This document shows positions 34,391-47,556 of a stretch of 64,000 bases of DNA, one piece after another. The DNA lies in contig CM075989.1 of the NCBI GenBank assembly GCA_038087875.1, positions 6,822,001 to 6,886,000 of the forward strand, in the 5' to 3' direction. Below the pieces are notes generated by a model. It searched no databases. It saw only the letters and a program-made list of their open reading frames with translations, and was not told the DNA's origin. Position 1 is the first letter of the stretch. Each line of letters begins with the position of its first letter. The translations under genes and the position numbers were made by a program. This DNA comes from Malacoraja senta. Taxonomy: Eukaryota.

Positions 34391-34605
34391 TGGGGAAATC
34401 TTATCCCCCACCTTCCCTGCAACTTAAAACATATCAGATTTCTGCCCCATCTCAGTTACGATGAAAGGTCCTGGAAGCTATTGATCTACCCAAGAGTTAG
34501 TCATAGTCACACAGCATAGAAACCAGTGCTTCGTACAATTCATCCATGCCAACCAAGATGCCACATCTAAATAGTCCCATTTGGCCCATAGCCCTGTAAG
34601 CCATT

Positions 34606-35423
34606 ATAATAATAATAAATTTATTTATATAGCACATTTTCCAATTGATTTGAATCAAAAGCCAAAGTGCTTTACAGTTAACTAACCATACAAATAATAA
34701 AAAGAGATAGAAAAAATAACAACATACTATAAGAGATTTTACACAAACACGAACATCCCCCCACAGTAGAATCTACACTCTCCACTGTGAGGGAAGGCAC
34801 CAAAATGTCCAGTCCTCCTCCTCCTCCTAGTCCACCCGAGGTCGGGGCCAGTTTGAGGCCACTGCAGCCAGTCGCCGCAACGGCAGCCCGATGTTGTTTG
34901 CCCACCCGCATCGGGTGGAAAACTCCTCAGCAGCTTGGAATTGTCTGGAGCGGCCGCTCCTTTCCCGGAGACTGCGACGCCCGTGGATTTCAGGCCGCGC
35001 CGGTTGGAGCCTCGACTCCGCGGTGTCTCCGATCCAGCGCTGCCCTCAAACCACAAACTGCAGACCGCAGACCGCGGCTGCTCGATGTTGGTGGTCGGCG
35101 GCCACAGCACTCCGGAGCGGCGACCCGGCAAGGCATCGCCCGCTCCCTGCTGATGTCCCAGCGCTGTGCCGCCGAAGCTGTGGTCCCCGGCAGGAAACGC
35201 CGTTCCAGCCCGATGGAAGGCCGCATGGGGAGACCGGAGACGCGATTTGGAGGAAAACCGCATCTCTGACCAGGTAGGACTGGGGTTAAAACAGTTCCCC
35301 CCCCCCCACATAGAAAGAATAGACTCCAAAAAATAAATGTTCAGACAATAAAAGAGTTAGAGGACGGACTGCAGGCAGGCGGCCATACAAACGGCGCCCA
35401 CTCCTGCACATCCGCCATCTTGG
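34606..35423 (-). mobile_element. GC-rich non-autonomous retroposon, full length, L2-like tail
   Basis: Starts CCAAGATGGCG; cctacctggtc motif; hairpin 34756-34794; tgtaaagcactttgg...gtgctatataaataaa and (TAT)n. Confidence 0.8.
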
Positions 35424-36689
35424 ATGCTTTGTTCAATGGTTCTTTATTATCACGTGTACCTAGGTACGGTAAAATTCTTTTTTATGCCTTCAGATCAGTA
35501 AGATTATTGCAATGTATAAATACAATCCCAGATTTACAGAATGCATAGAAGCAGCCCACTGAGTCCATATGCAAGAGTCGCCAGGTTTTGGCACCTTTAA
35601 AGTTTCGGCTGCAGCTGGCTAGAAAGGCCCGTCGCAGCCATCGCCATGATCCAAATCGTCCCACCAACCATCGCCCCTCTCCTCGCCCGTTCAGCTTCAG
35701 CCTTCGTGCCCCAGGGGCACCTCTCACAGCCAACCTTGAGAGCAAGGAAGGTAAGACCCACGGATCTTCTTACCGGCCCTCTGTCCAGCGTCCGTTCCTG
35801 TTTCCGGCCTCCTCCACCTTCCTCTCCGGTTCCCGGTCTTCGGCAAGCAAATAAGAGATGTGCCTTGGATGGGGCTCCCTCTCCAGGCGGGTTCCTGGTT
35901 ACGCCGCGAGCAAGCCAGGCCTGCTACGGGGTGTGGCAGCGGCCCGCGGCCCTTCAGCAGCCTCCCACCATCCAAAACCTTTCCTATCCATCAATGTTTG
36001 ACGGTTCACTCATCGAGGCAGGGGGAGATTATCCCATCGTGCTGCCAACTTGTCCCTTGTTGGTGGTGGAAATGCTTTGGTTGCCAATAAATGAGCCATT
36101 TACTGCCGAATACCCAGCCTGTGACAACTCCTCAATGGTCGATAACACAGAGACCTCTTGAAGCCTCCAGAAATTGTAGACATCAAATTATGACAAAGTA
36201 GAGAATATTAAATAGACCATGAATGGAGTAAGTGTGTATAGATTGCCGAGGCAAAATCAGTAGATATCTGAAATAAAAGGCAAAAATGCTGGAAATAATC
36301 AGCAGATTAGGTAATAAATTTAGAAAGTTGTAGATATTGGAGTCTAGAAAGCTGCAAAGGGCCCATATAGAAGATGGCGTAGTTCCTCAATCTTGTACAG
36401 AGCCTCATTAGGGGGTCACAGACTAATGGATGGGAGTGAGATGGAGTTGAAGAGGCAGATAATTGTAAGATCAGGTTCCCCCTTCTTCTGCGGACTGAAC
36501 ATAAATGTCCGTAAATGGAATGGAATGCTATTTATTGTCATTCAAACAACTAGGTTTGAACGAAATTTCATTTTCTACAGTTTTTTACATTACAACAACA
36601 AAAAACAAGACGCACACTTAACACAGTTTACATAAACATCCATCACAGTGAATCTCCAACACCTCCTCACTGTGATGGAAGGCAAAGTC

Positions 36690-36985
36690 TTCAATCTCCC
36701 AATCTAGTTTGGTTTCTCTAATGCAGAGGAGATGACGCAATGCACTAGATTGGACGAAGAGCGAGTGAGTCGTTACTTCACCTGTCCAGACATGTTTTGG
36801 CCCCTGGATGGTGGGCAGGGAAGAGTGGGAGTGTTGCACTGTCTGCGGTTGCAAGCGAAAGTGCTGTAAAGAGGGGGAGGAGGGTTAGTGGGGACGGACC
36901 AGAGGACCATGGCGCAGTAAAGGGTGGAATCCTGCATAATTTAGAAAGGTGTGTCTCATGGAAGATGTGTCTCACCTTCTGGAAA
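36690..36985 (-). mobile_element. Degenerate Penelope GIY-YIG-region fragment
   Basis: Similar to 10800-11110 (gtgttgcactgtctgcggttgcaag, acttcacctg). Confidence 0.55.
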
Positions 36986-37504
36986 TTGTGGAGATTTATA
37001 ACTCCGATTCTCTTCCCCCAAAGTGAGCCTAACTTGCTGAGTATTTTGTTTTAGATTTCCGACATCGGCATTTCTATTTTGATTTTCAAGCCCCATTATT
37101 GCTGTTCTACAAAGTCAAGTTAAGCTTCCTGAGATTTAGCGTCCAGAAATGAAAGCAGTAATTCAGATGGGGGCACAATAAAGTGCAGATGCTGGAATCC
37201 TGAACAAAACGCAGTGCTGTAGGAACTCGGTGGGCCAGGCAGCATCTGAGGAAGGAATGCATAGACAATGTTTTGGGTCGGGACCCTTCAGACTGATTGT
37301 GGGGGAGAAGGCTGTTGAAAAAAAGGACTGGTTGAGGATTAGCCATTTTTAAAAATATGGTCCCATCACTAATCCTGGGCGGAGCCTTTATTAAGAGGAC
37401 TACAGCAAATCGGCAACACCTTGTTAAAGGTATATTAAAATAAACGATAACCACTGCCTTGTTGCTAATGCATACCCTGGTAAATACATGTTAATTATAT
37501 TTAC

Positions 37505-37806
37505 AGGCAGCACAGTGGCAGCGGTAGAGTTGCTGCGTTACAGCACCAGAGATCCAGGTTCGATCATGACTACAGGAGCTATCTGCATGGAGTTTGTACG
37601 TTCTCCCTGTGACCGCATTGGTTTTCTCCGGGTGCTCCTGTTTCCTCGCACAATCGAAAGACCCACAGGTTTGTAGGTTCAGTGGCTTCTGTCATTTATA
37701 AATTGTCCCCTAGTGTGTAGGATAGTGCGAGTGTACTGGGTGATCGCTGGTTTACGCCGACTCGGTAGGCCGAGGGGCTGTTTCCTCTCTGTATCTCGAA
37801 ACTAAA
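37505..37806 (+). mobile_element. HE1-like SINE
   Basis: tRNA-like head with B box gttcgatc, V-domain-like core and tail. Confidence 0.82.
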
Positions 37807-38149
37807 GTACGAAAAGAATGACCGGGTCAAAATTCCACTGTCCTTGCTCATTGTTTTTGCTACATAGTTGTGAGTTGTATGATTTCAACAGAGGAACACT
37901 GGTTAGCAGTGCAGTGGAATAGTAAGATTAAACGAGAACTTACCTAAGTTTGAAGTTTGATCTTTATTTTATGAGGAGTTACGTAGGTGATTACGTGAAG
38001 AACCCCGCCAGTGCGCCTGCGCGTCAATCTTCAAAGCAGCGGTGTGAAATCACAAAAAACAACAACCGAAGTAATATAGTCTCATAATAAAACGAGTAAT
38101 ACAAGAACTTCCATCTGACCTTTATGATAGAGGGTAGGGTCGTGGTGGG

Positions 38150-38262
38150 CACGTAATCACCTACGTAACTCCTCATAAAATAAAGATCAAACTTCAAACT
38201 TAGGTAAGTTCTCATTTAATCTTACTATTTTACTTTGGAGTCACGTCAGTGACTACGTGAAG
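38150..38262. repeat. DIRS internal complementary region (ICR)
   Basis: 38150-38226 is the reverse complement of 37921-37997; 38227-38262 is the reverse complement of 43444-43479. Confidence 0.93.
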
Positions 38263-38431
38263 ATTTTAAAGCTTTGTGATTTCATGCCGTAGATCAATCC
38301 CGGCTTCTCACTGCATTGATTGACTCGGAACGAGAATAATCAATCATGCATTCATAATAACATTTGTACCACAAATGCAGTAATTCATTTCAATGATGAA
38401 ATTAATCAGATCTCCTTTAAACCAGAGGAAT

Positions 38432-39360
38432 TTACACAGAACTTAAAATAGTTTCTGTAAACAATCCCGCATTAACAATAGGCCGATGGTAAAAATGTTG
38501 AAACATCAACTCATTGGACCACCCGGCGGCTGCGAGGATATGGTCGACGGGGACGTCTTTTGCCCTGGCCGCCGACGTTTCTGCTGCCCTAGACGAGTGA
38601 GACGTAAAAACATAAGTGTTAATACCAGCAGCTGTTAAGACTTCTTTTATCCATCTGGAAATAGTCTGTATTGAAACTCTCTTGTGTGGTTTCTTGTGTG
38701 TGATCAACAACCTAGTTTCCGTATTTCTCAAATTCTTTGTGACCTCAATGTATTGTAACAAATATGTCTTAACACAGAGACAAGGATCATTTGGATATGC
38801 TGCTAGCATAATTTTAAATCCTGTCACACCTGGCCTAATTTGCTTTAGTAGGTCATAGATATAGAATGTAACCTTGTCTTCAGTTACTTCCATACTGTCT
38901 ATTTGTAATTTTCCAAGTGTTTGCACTCGTTGTGCTGTCACTCATGCCATAAGCATGAATACTTTCATACTGAGCTTGGCCAAAGGTAAAGACACACTTG
39001 GTGACCATTCACGAAGTAGTTTCAGTACCACACTTACATCCCAGATTGTCATGTACCTAGGTTTCGGTGGTTTGGAATTAAAGATTCCTTTCATTAGTCT
39101 GGAAACAATTGGGTGTGACCCAATTGGGTTTCTTTCTGAATCCAGAACCAAATATGAGGACAATGCACTTCTTGCTGAATTAATTGCACTACAACACAGA
39201 CCTTCATCATAATAAAGTTTTGACAGAAATTCTAAACATTTGAAATCTCTGCAGTACTTTATTGCACATTCTTTTGTACACAGAACTCTTCCCATTTCTT
39301 AATATAAGAAAGGTACTGTTTTTGAGTGCTCTTCCTCGAGGCTGCCGTAAGCATGTCCAC
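38432..39360 (-). pseudogene. DIRS tyrosine recombinase (disrupted)
   Basis: EFLSKLYYDEGL..SAINSARSALS; WDVSVVL; AQRVQTL (catalytic R); HSSRAA (HxxR); AAGWS; FQHFY (catalytic Y). Confidence 0.9.
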
Positions 39361-39474
39361 AGTACGCTCAGACAGTCCTCGCCCCAGAAAAGGCCTTCTT
39401 AAAACCTGCAAATCAACAAATCCAAACGATCATATAATGGATGTTGTTCCCCTGTTACAGGGTGCAGCAATAAA

Positions 39475-39790
39475 TTACTCTTTTTTGGGACTTTCATCAA
39501 CATTTGTGTTGTTTAATTCTAATATCAACGGATACCATGGCTGTGTAGGCCAATCTGGTACTACCAATACCCCTGAAGCAGCATCTTGCCTGATTTTAAG
39601 CAAACATTGGCTTATGAGGCAGAAATGTGGAAATATATATGAAAACATACCACCCCAATGTAGCGAGAAAGCATCAATCCCCACTGCTCCTGGATCTGGT
39701 TCCCATGAGACATATCTCGATAGCTGATGATTCAAGTCGATGTCGGCCATTCCAAATCTGATTACTATATCATTGAATACCTCTCGATTC
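39475..39790 (-). pseudogene. DIRS DNA N6-adenine methyltransferase-like domain
   Basis: IDL..HQLSRYVSW.PDPGAVGIDAFSLHW...YIFPHF...VVPDWPTQPWYP. Confidence 0.8.
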
Positions 39791-42110
39791 AACATCCATT
39801 CTTTATTATCATGGAACTTTCGTGACCTGGTGTCTGCTATCGTGTTCATTCTACCTGGTAGATAGATAGCTGAAATCCAAATGTTCTTTTCAATACACCA
39901 AGACCAAAGTTGATTAGCCATTTTGTCACATGACACCGACTTAATTCCACCCATATCATTAATATAGGCAACTGCTGTTGTGTTTATCAATTTGAACTTG
40001 AACATGCCTTTTAGTTGTGTTAGAACAATAAGCTTAGAGTCCATAGAAACATCCTAAAAGCTCCAAATAGTTAGTTCCCCATGTCTGCAGTAACAATGAC
40101 TCTTCCTGATTCCATCTGCCTCCGCAGCTAGATGTTAAGTCAGTTGCACCCCATCCTAGTGCACTGGCATCAGTTTGTAATATCATGGAAGGTTGTTCAA
40201 TCAGCACTTTGCCGGAACTGCTTGAGACATGTAGAATCCACCACTGCAGATCAGAAACAGCATTTGTTGTTAGTTGCATGGTTCTATCAAATGACCAGCA
40301 TGCATTCTCCGTGCCTGTTGTTTAACTCTCTGCAGCTGTTGATAATGTAATGGTCCATACTGGACTGCTGGGAATCTACTAATTTTCCCAGTACTCGAGC
40401 CACCTGTCTGATTAAGGTTTTTTGCTCGTTTAACAGATTACTGCAATCTTTAATCAACTCCACCCTTTTTTCACTGGGCAAAGTAATTTTCATTTGGGCT
40501 GAATCAATTGTGAACCCCAAATAATCAATCGAGGTACATGTTGTTAACCTTTAGAGATTTAGAGATTCCTTTATTTGTCATTCAGACCTTTCGGTCTGAA
40601 CGAATTTCGTTGCCTGCAGTCATACATATAATAATAAATAACAAAACACACAATAAACACAAATTAACATCCACCACAGTGAGTTCACCAGGCACCTCCT
40701 CACTGTGATGGAGGCAAAAGTCTTAAAGTCTCTGTCTCTTCCCTCTTTGTTCTTCCTCTGCGCTGAGGCGATCCAGGCTTCTGATGTTGTGACCCCGCCG
40801 GGTGATGGTAAGTCAGTCCCGCGGCTGAATCCGTGCTCCGCGACGGGCCGGTTCAAACTCCGCGGCCCGGGGTGGCCGAAGCTGCCGAAGCTGCCCCCTC
40901 CAGTCCAGCGGACGCAGCTGTAGTTGCGGGAGCTCCAGAAAAACAGATCACCCACCTGTGACCTGCGAGCTCCCGACGATGTCGTCCACCGGGCCCGCGG
41001 CCGAGCCTCCGGACTCAGGTCGCCACCAGTGTCCTCGGTCGCCACCGCCGGAACGCCACCGCAGCCCCGAAGCCGGCCAGCCCCACGCTGGTAAGTCCTG
41101 GCTCTGCCTCCGGAGCCTCGAGGTCGGTCGGCCGCAGTTGGAGTTGGAGGCCGGTAGCTCCGCCGTTAGGCCTCAGCGCAGACGGAGGCAGAGAAGGGGG
41201 ATACTACAAGAAAATGTCGCATTCCCCCCGAAGGAAGAGACAAAAATCATGTTTCACCCCCCACCCCACACATACACAACCCAATAAACTAAATTTTAAC
41301 TAAAACAGGACAAAAGAAAACAACAAAAAAAGTAAAAACAGACGGACTGCAGGCAAGCCGCTGCTGTTCAACAGCGCCGCCACTTCCGGAACCTTGATTT
41401 CTTTGGATGAATTTAGAAAACCCCAAACTTTCAAAAGTTGATTTCACAACTGCAACAGATGCTTCTGTTGACTGTTTTGTCCTTCCTATAATCAGGACAT
41501 CATCCAAGTATGCCATTAGTACATGCCCCTGGCTTCTCAGCAACCCCAGAATTGATTTTAACAATTTTGTGAATATTCTGGGAGCGGACGTTAACCCATT
41601 AGGCAGAGCTTTGAACTGCCCTAACTGGTTCATCCATGTAAATTTAAGATACTTCATGTCTTCCAAGTGAACAGACACTGAATAATATACATCTTTTAAA
41701 TCTATAGTTGCCATAAAACATGCTTCTGAGATAAGTTGTTTGGCAGTACAAATGTCTCCATTTTAAAATGTCTAACTTGAACACATGGATTCAGACTTGT
41801 CAAGTCTATAATAATCCTACATCCTCCATCCTTTTTTGATCGAGGGAATATATTTGACACAAATTGGTGAATTTGGTAGACTGATTCTTCAATAACACCT
41901 TTTATATATAGGGTTTGAAGCGCAGCTTGAACCTCCATCACTTCTTTTTGTGCAAAGTGGAGAGTTCTGCTAGGAACATGCTGGACAGGCAAATCATAAT
42001 TTGGATTGAATTCAATTCGAAATCCTTGTATATTATTCAGAATTACCACATCTGAAGTAATCTTCTTCCAATTGTTATAGAAGAGACGTAATCTGCCTCC
42101 AACTTTTGGA
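39790..42110 (-). pseudogene. DIRS RT/RNase H (frameshifted, interrupted at 40552-41389)
   Basis: VGGRL; IDLKDVYY; LPNGLTSAPRIFTK; AYLDD; YLGFTIDS; TDASALGWG; INTTAVAYIN; YLPGRMNTIAD. Confidence 0.9.
40552..41389 (-). mobile_element. GC-rich retroposon inserted in the DIRS RT; Rex1-like tail
   Basis: 6-bp TSD AACCTT (40546-40551, 41390-41395); removing it restores IHPKKSRLTTCTSIDYLGFTIDS; hairpin 40670-40712. Confidence 0.88.
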
Positions 42111-43270
42111 CTTAATCCGATTAGTATGTTCCCATGAGAACCAGGTCCACCTACCTCTTGAGTCATTTGAGTACTCTGAGATCCCTGGATTCTCCCGGAA
42201 GCACCCCCACTGGTTCTTGCTCCCGCTGCAGGCCGCCAGCTACGTCCCTGCGTTAATGAGCGACTTGGTCCTGGTCCAGGATCCGTATGACGTCTGAAAG
42301 GATACTTCCTCTTTACAGACTTTACAACCATTGATGTTTTCATCAATCCTGTTTTCGCTTCATCTTCCAACTCTTTAATACGTCTCCCGAGATCCTCTCC
42401 AAAGAGTAAGTTGGGTAATTGTATATTACTTGGTTTGCAGAGTGCTGCGAATTTCGGATTCATAGTAGGCCGTATAGCACCTTTCCTCAGACAATTGATC
42501 TCGAAGTGGGTGCTGCATAGCAACCCCAGTGCCTCCTGATGCAACTCTGTCATCTCTTGGCTTTTATCTGCTATTCTGGCAAAAGCAGTTATTCCAGAAC
42601 CCAGCAGCTTTAATATTCTCTGCAATTTCAATTCTTGAGTTCTCATACTCAACTCATATTTTCTTGCATTCTCATCCATCTCCTGCTGTTCCAGCTGATG
42701 GGAAACCAAGTAATTTATTAGGGAGGCCAATTCTTCTCCTAATGGCTCTCCTGACCCTGACGGGGCAGCGAATCGTACTGCCAGGGATGGAACATCTGGC
42801 AGCTGCCGTTCTTCGCCTTGCACAGCCTCACCATCAGAGTCGGGGTCTGAAATCTCATGACCCGTGGCACGCTCCTCATCCCTGAGGGTGCATTCTATCA
42901 GCCCTGTACCAGGAGCTGTTGAGCTGCTTCCAGCAGCTTGGATTTCAGTACACTCTTCACTGAGTGTGCTTCGCTCCAACAGCCTATGTAGCAGGCTTTC
43001 CATTTGGGCAATACGCTTAAAAGCAGTATCTAGCCCTGGAGCTTCTTCCATTTCCATTTCCTGGGACTCCTCCTCCGTGGCCCGTTTCGATTTGAACTTG
43101 GCCTTTCGCCCGACAGGCGTTGACTGCCCCAGGTCCACAGTCGCTATGCTCACCGCTGGCGACTGTACCGGGGTTAGAGGCGGTTGGTCGCTAACCGCAG
43201 ACTCCCGACTTTCCCGACTTTCTGTCGGCTGAGTCGCTCGCCTCTTCCCCCTGCCCATTTTTTCCATGGC
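42111..43270 (-). pseudogene. DIRS gag-like ORF1
   Basis: Long ORF upstream of pol; EINCLRKGAIRP...LLFGEDL resembles the DIRS gag C-terminus. Confidence 0.75.
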
Positions 43271-44029
43271 GTCTGTGGAAAAAATCCCCACAAACCCACA
43301 GTAAACGGACCTGAAAATACTGAAAAAAGTTTTTACTTACCTTGTAGTTAAAAAACTACAAATCCATTAGAGGAGCTCTGCTCCTCACGTCCGTTTGCGT
43401 CAAGGCGTCTGACGTAATGACGCACAGGCGCACTGGCGGGGTTCTTCACGTAGTCACTCACGTGACTCCGAAGTAAAATCCCTATTTCATTATAGATCAA
43501 TTGCAGTACCTTTACTACCTAATTGAAGCTGAGATCCGATATTTGGCTCAGTCTGACATAGCATAGGCTTCAGCATTTAGAAATAGTCAAAGGTGTTGCA
43601 GGCTATTCCGATCGGAATAACTTCTCACACATCCCATATCACTACATCCCACGACTTTCCCTCCCTCACAAGCTGGTCAACCTATTATGAATTCAAATCG
43701 TGGAAGAAACGAAGGCCTTGGATCACTCTGTCACTGACCCACTAATGAAGTTTGAAGTTTTGGTTCCCAGTGTCGGGGGGGGGGTGGCAGGGCATGTTCC
43801 ACCCCATTTAACTCCCATTACAATATAAAGGTCGCGCAATTGATTTTTATCCAAGATAAGTTATTTTGAAAGACGTCGTGCTGAGCTGAAATCATTTTGG
43901 CTTTTAATAAATGCATGCAGCAATTCATGAAGTTCACAACTGACAGATCACACGTTAATTCACTGCACAGAGGAGAGGGATTGTACAAAGAATCACGCTG
44001 AGCAAAAGAGTCTCAAGCAATGACAATGC

Positions 44030-44290
44030 CGTCAAGGCGATCACCCGAGAAGGCGCTGCCTCAAAAAGGGCAGCCATGACCCACACCACCCTGGCCACAT
44101 TCTTATTTCACATCTGCCATCCGGAAAACTGTAAAGTCCCGATTTGGGAATATTGATTGCTCTTTTTTGTTGATTGTATTATGTATTGAGTACTGTGTCT
44201 ACAAACCTGTGACACTGCTGCAAATAAGAATTTCATTGTTCCATTTGGATACCTATGATAGTAAAAAAAAAAAACAACTCTTGACTCTTA
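44030..44290 (+). mobile_element. Rex1/Babar-like LINE 3' fragment
   Basis: RRCLKK...DPHHPGHILISHLPSG; aagaatttcattgtt tail. Confidence 0.55.
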
Positions 44291-45269
44291 TTACATTGAC
44301 TGGAGTTTGTACCTTCTCCCTGTGACCACGTGGACCACATTCCAAAGACGTGCAGGGTTTTGTAGGTTAATTGGCTTCTGTAAGTTGTCCCTAGTGTCGG
44401 GTAGAATTACTGTAACGTTTTCCCCTCTGTGCAACGTTGCATAACTCTCTCCCTCTCTCAAACCCAAACAAATCAAACCCACCAAGATGCAGTGCAGAAC
44501 GCCACCGGAGACCCTTTTCCCCTGTGGCTATCAAACTGTACAACTCCTTCCCCCTTCTGCTGTGGGGTAGACTGACTCTCCTCCTCCCCGCCCCCCTTCC
44601 CCCTCCCTAATCCTTTCCACTCGTCGCTTTAATCTCATGTTTCATGTATCTTGTGTTTTATGACTGTTGGCAGATCAATCTCCCTCCTGGGATAAATACA
44701 TTTCTATCGTATCGTAAGCATCTCCGAGCCGCTCCTTCCTGCAACATTTTTGTGACATTCCATGTACTAAGAGGGGAAGTGTGTGCATGGCGGCATTATG
44801 GGGGGAAATCTATCTTTGGACAGATGCTCTATTGGGAAGCAGAGGTCGTGTCAATCGTTGCAAATCTTCCTGCGTTTTGGACAAGTGTTTAAATGCAGTG
44901 TGCAGAGAGCAAATGGCCCCATAGCAGAAGCGTCCACATCGCGGGGCTGGGAACTGGAGGTATCCCGAGCTAATTCTGCTACCACCATCATCTATTGCAA
45001 CAAGTGATGGCTTCCACTGATGTCGCCGGAAGCTTGCGTCCTTTTCAGGACGGACGATGACAGCGAGGCCAACATTTGTAACAAGATGGACACGAAAAGA
45101 AGTAGAGAGTAAATAGTCCAGGGATACTCGCTTTCCAAGTTTTATTGAATTCTGGAAGTTCATTTGTGTCAACGTTGCTATGGTAAAGATTGTCTTTGGT
45201 TTCTAGGCCAAACTAGCGCTGAATCAGCATTCTGTTCACATTGCTGAGCATTGTGGGTCTCTCCTCTGA

Positions 45270-45522
45270 TCATAGAGTCATACAGCAGGGAAACAGGCCC
45301 TTTAGCCCAACTCATCCTTTCTGTCCAAGATGCCCAGCTAATATAATCCAATCCCATTTGCTGCCATTTGATTCATATCCCACAAAACCTTTTCTATCCG
45401 TGTCTCTGTCCAAATGTCTTTTGAATGTTGTTAATTTTCCTGCCTCAACCACCTCCTCTGGCAGCTTGTCCCATATACACACACCACTCTGTGTTGCAAA
45501 AGTTGCGCCTCAGATTCCTATT
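45270..45522 (-). mobile_element. CR1 3' end fragment
   Basis: Reverse complement of the CR1 3' UTR. Confidence 0.7.
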
Positions 45523-45524
45523 AA

Positions 45525-46133
45525 TGGTGGCACAGTGGCGCAGCTGGTAGAACTACTGCCACACAGTGTCAGAGAGGGCAACTTGGTGGCACAGCGGTAG
45601 TATTTTTGCTCACAGCGTCAGAGACTCCGGTTCGATCCTGACTGCGGGTGCTGTCTGTACGGAGTTTTGTACGATTTCGCCGTGACCGGGTGGGTTTCCC
45701 CAGCTGCTCCAGTTTCCTCCCACACTCCATAAGATGTACGGGTTTGTAGGTAAAGATTGTAAATTTTCCCTAGTGTGTAGGATAGTGCTAGTGCATGGGG
45801 AATCGCTGGTCAGCATGGACTCGGTGGGTCGAAGGGCCTGTTTTTGCACTGTATCTCTAAACTAAACTAAACCCAGGTTCGATCTTGACCTCGGGCTGGA
45901 GTTTTCACATTCTTCCTGTGACCACGTGGGTTTCCTCCAGGTGTTCCAGTTTCTTCCCACATCCCAAAGATGTGTGGTTTGTAGCTTAATTGGCCTCTGT
46001 CTATTACCCCTTGTGCGTAAGGAGTGGATGAGAAAGTGGTATAACATAGAGCTAGTGTGGACGGGAGGTCAATGATTGGCGTGGACTCACTGGGCCAAAA
46101 GGCCTGCCTCCATGCTGTATCTCCAAACTAAAC
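45525..46133 (+). mobile_element. Tandem cluster of HE1-like SINEs
   Basis: Two heads (45525, 45585), tail at 45870, then a further copy ending 46133. Confidence 0.8.
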
Positions 46134-46366
46134 TTAATCTTCCCGTTTGAAGAAAGGTCACCTATCCATGTTCTCCAGGAATGCTGCCCGACTCGCTGAA
46201 TTACTCCAGCACTTTGCGTCCTTTTGTAAACCAAATCTTTCTCCTCTCACCTTCAACCTATACTCTCTGGTTCTTGATTCCCCAACTTTAGTGGAGGGGG
46301 GCAGGGGGGCAGGGGGGCAGAAAGAGAGTCTGTGCACATTCACCCTATCTATTCCCCTCATGATAT

Positions 46367-46687
46367 GGCGGTCACGGTGGCGCAGCGGTAGAGTTGCTGC
46401 CTTACAGCGAATGCAGCGCCAGAGATCCGGGTTCAATCCCGACTATGGGTGCTGTCTGTACGGAGTTTGCACGTTCTCCCCGTGACCTACGTGGGTTTTC
46501 TCCGAGATCTTCGGTTTCCTCCCACACTCCAAAGACGTACAGGTTTGTGGGTTAATTGGCTTGGTATAAGTGTAATTTGTCCCTAGTGTGTGTAGGATAG
46601 TGTTAATGTGCGGGGGATCGCTGGTCGGCGCAGACCCGGTGGGCCGAAGGGCCTGATTCCGCGCTGTATCTCTAAACAAAACTAAAA
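46367..46687 (+). mobile_element. HE1-like SINE (well preserved)
   Basis: ggcggtcacggtggcgcagcggtagag...gggttcaatcc...gtgggccgaagggcctg. Confidence 0.9.
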
Positions 46688-47109
46688 TGATACAACTTTC
46701 CTGCCTGTTCCTGTGCATATCTGCTCAATTCTGTTCCACATCTGCATCTAAATGTTACACTTTGCCTTCTTGACTAACTTGTCATCTCGAGATATCTCTG
46801 CTCTGCCCAACGTATTCCATGTGGTTACTTTGTGGGGAAGAAATATGCATTTTTATTTGATTTTGGATGATATAAACCATTCAATGTGAACAGACCCTGT
46901 GACAGGAGATTCCCCTTGAGTTCAACCATCCCATATAAATGCGCCAATGGTTTTGTTTATTACCAAGCTGCGGGAAGCCTCATTACCTGTACTTGTCCAT
47001 CTGCCTCTGTTCCTGTGTGAACTGACAGACCAAGCACTTTCCATGTGTCAGTAGAATTCATTCGAGCACTGGGCTGACAAAAGTTGGGAATTTGAGTATT
47101 AGTTCTTAG

Positions 47110-47556
47110 TTTTAGAGATAAGAGCATGGAAACTGGCCCTTCGGCCCACCGAGTCCGTGCCGACCAACGATCACCCGAACACTAGTTCTATCCTACACCC
47201 TAGGGAACCATTTACAGCTGCCAGTTAACCAACAAACCTGCACGTCTTTGGAGTGTGGGAGGAAACCAGAGCACCCGGAGAAAACCTACAGGGTCACAGG
47301 GAACATACAAACTCTGTACAGACAGCAACTAGGGGCTATAGGAATCAAGGGATATGGGGATAAGGCAGGCACGGGTTATTGATTGGGGACGATCAGCCAT
47401 GATCACAATGAATGGCGGTGCTGGCTCGAAGGGCCAAATGGCCTCCTCCTGCACCTCTTTTAAATAAAAAAATAGAATAAAACTGTAGTCACAATCGAAC
47501 CCGGGTCTCCGGCGATGTGTGTGAGGCAGCAACTCTAGCGTTGCACCACCCTGCCA
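47110..47556 (-). mobile_element. HE1-like SINE interrupted by a CR1 3' fragment (about 47330-47480, +)
   Basis: SINE halves flank a gggatatgggga...gaagggccaaatggcctcctcctgcacc block. Confidence 0.75.

Larger units (their letters stand above)
37921..43479 (-). mobile_element. DIRS1-type tyrosine-recombinase retrotransposon, structurally complete with degraded ORFs
   Basis: Inverted terminal repeats, internal complementary region, and gag, RT, RNase H, methyltransferase and YR remnants. Confidence 0.95.

Noticed and set aside
41702..43291. 529-aa ORF as a functional gag-pol fusion
   Set aside because: It frameshifts inside RT and the element has multiple lesions, so the fusion cannot be shown to be native.
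45048..45108. Possible small exon (ttttcag...gtaaat)
   Set aside because: Weak donor and unrecognisable peptide; cannot be supported without expression data.
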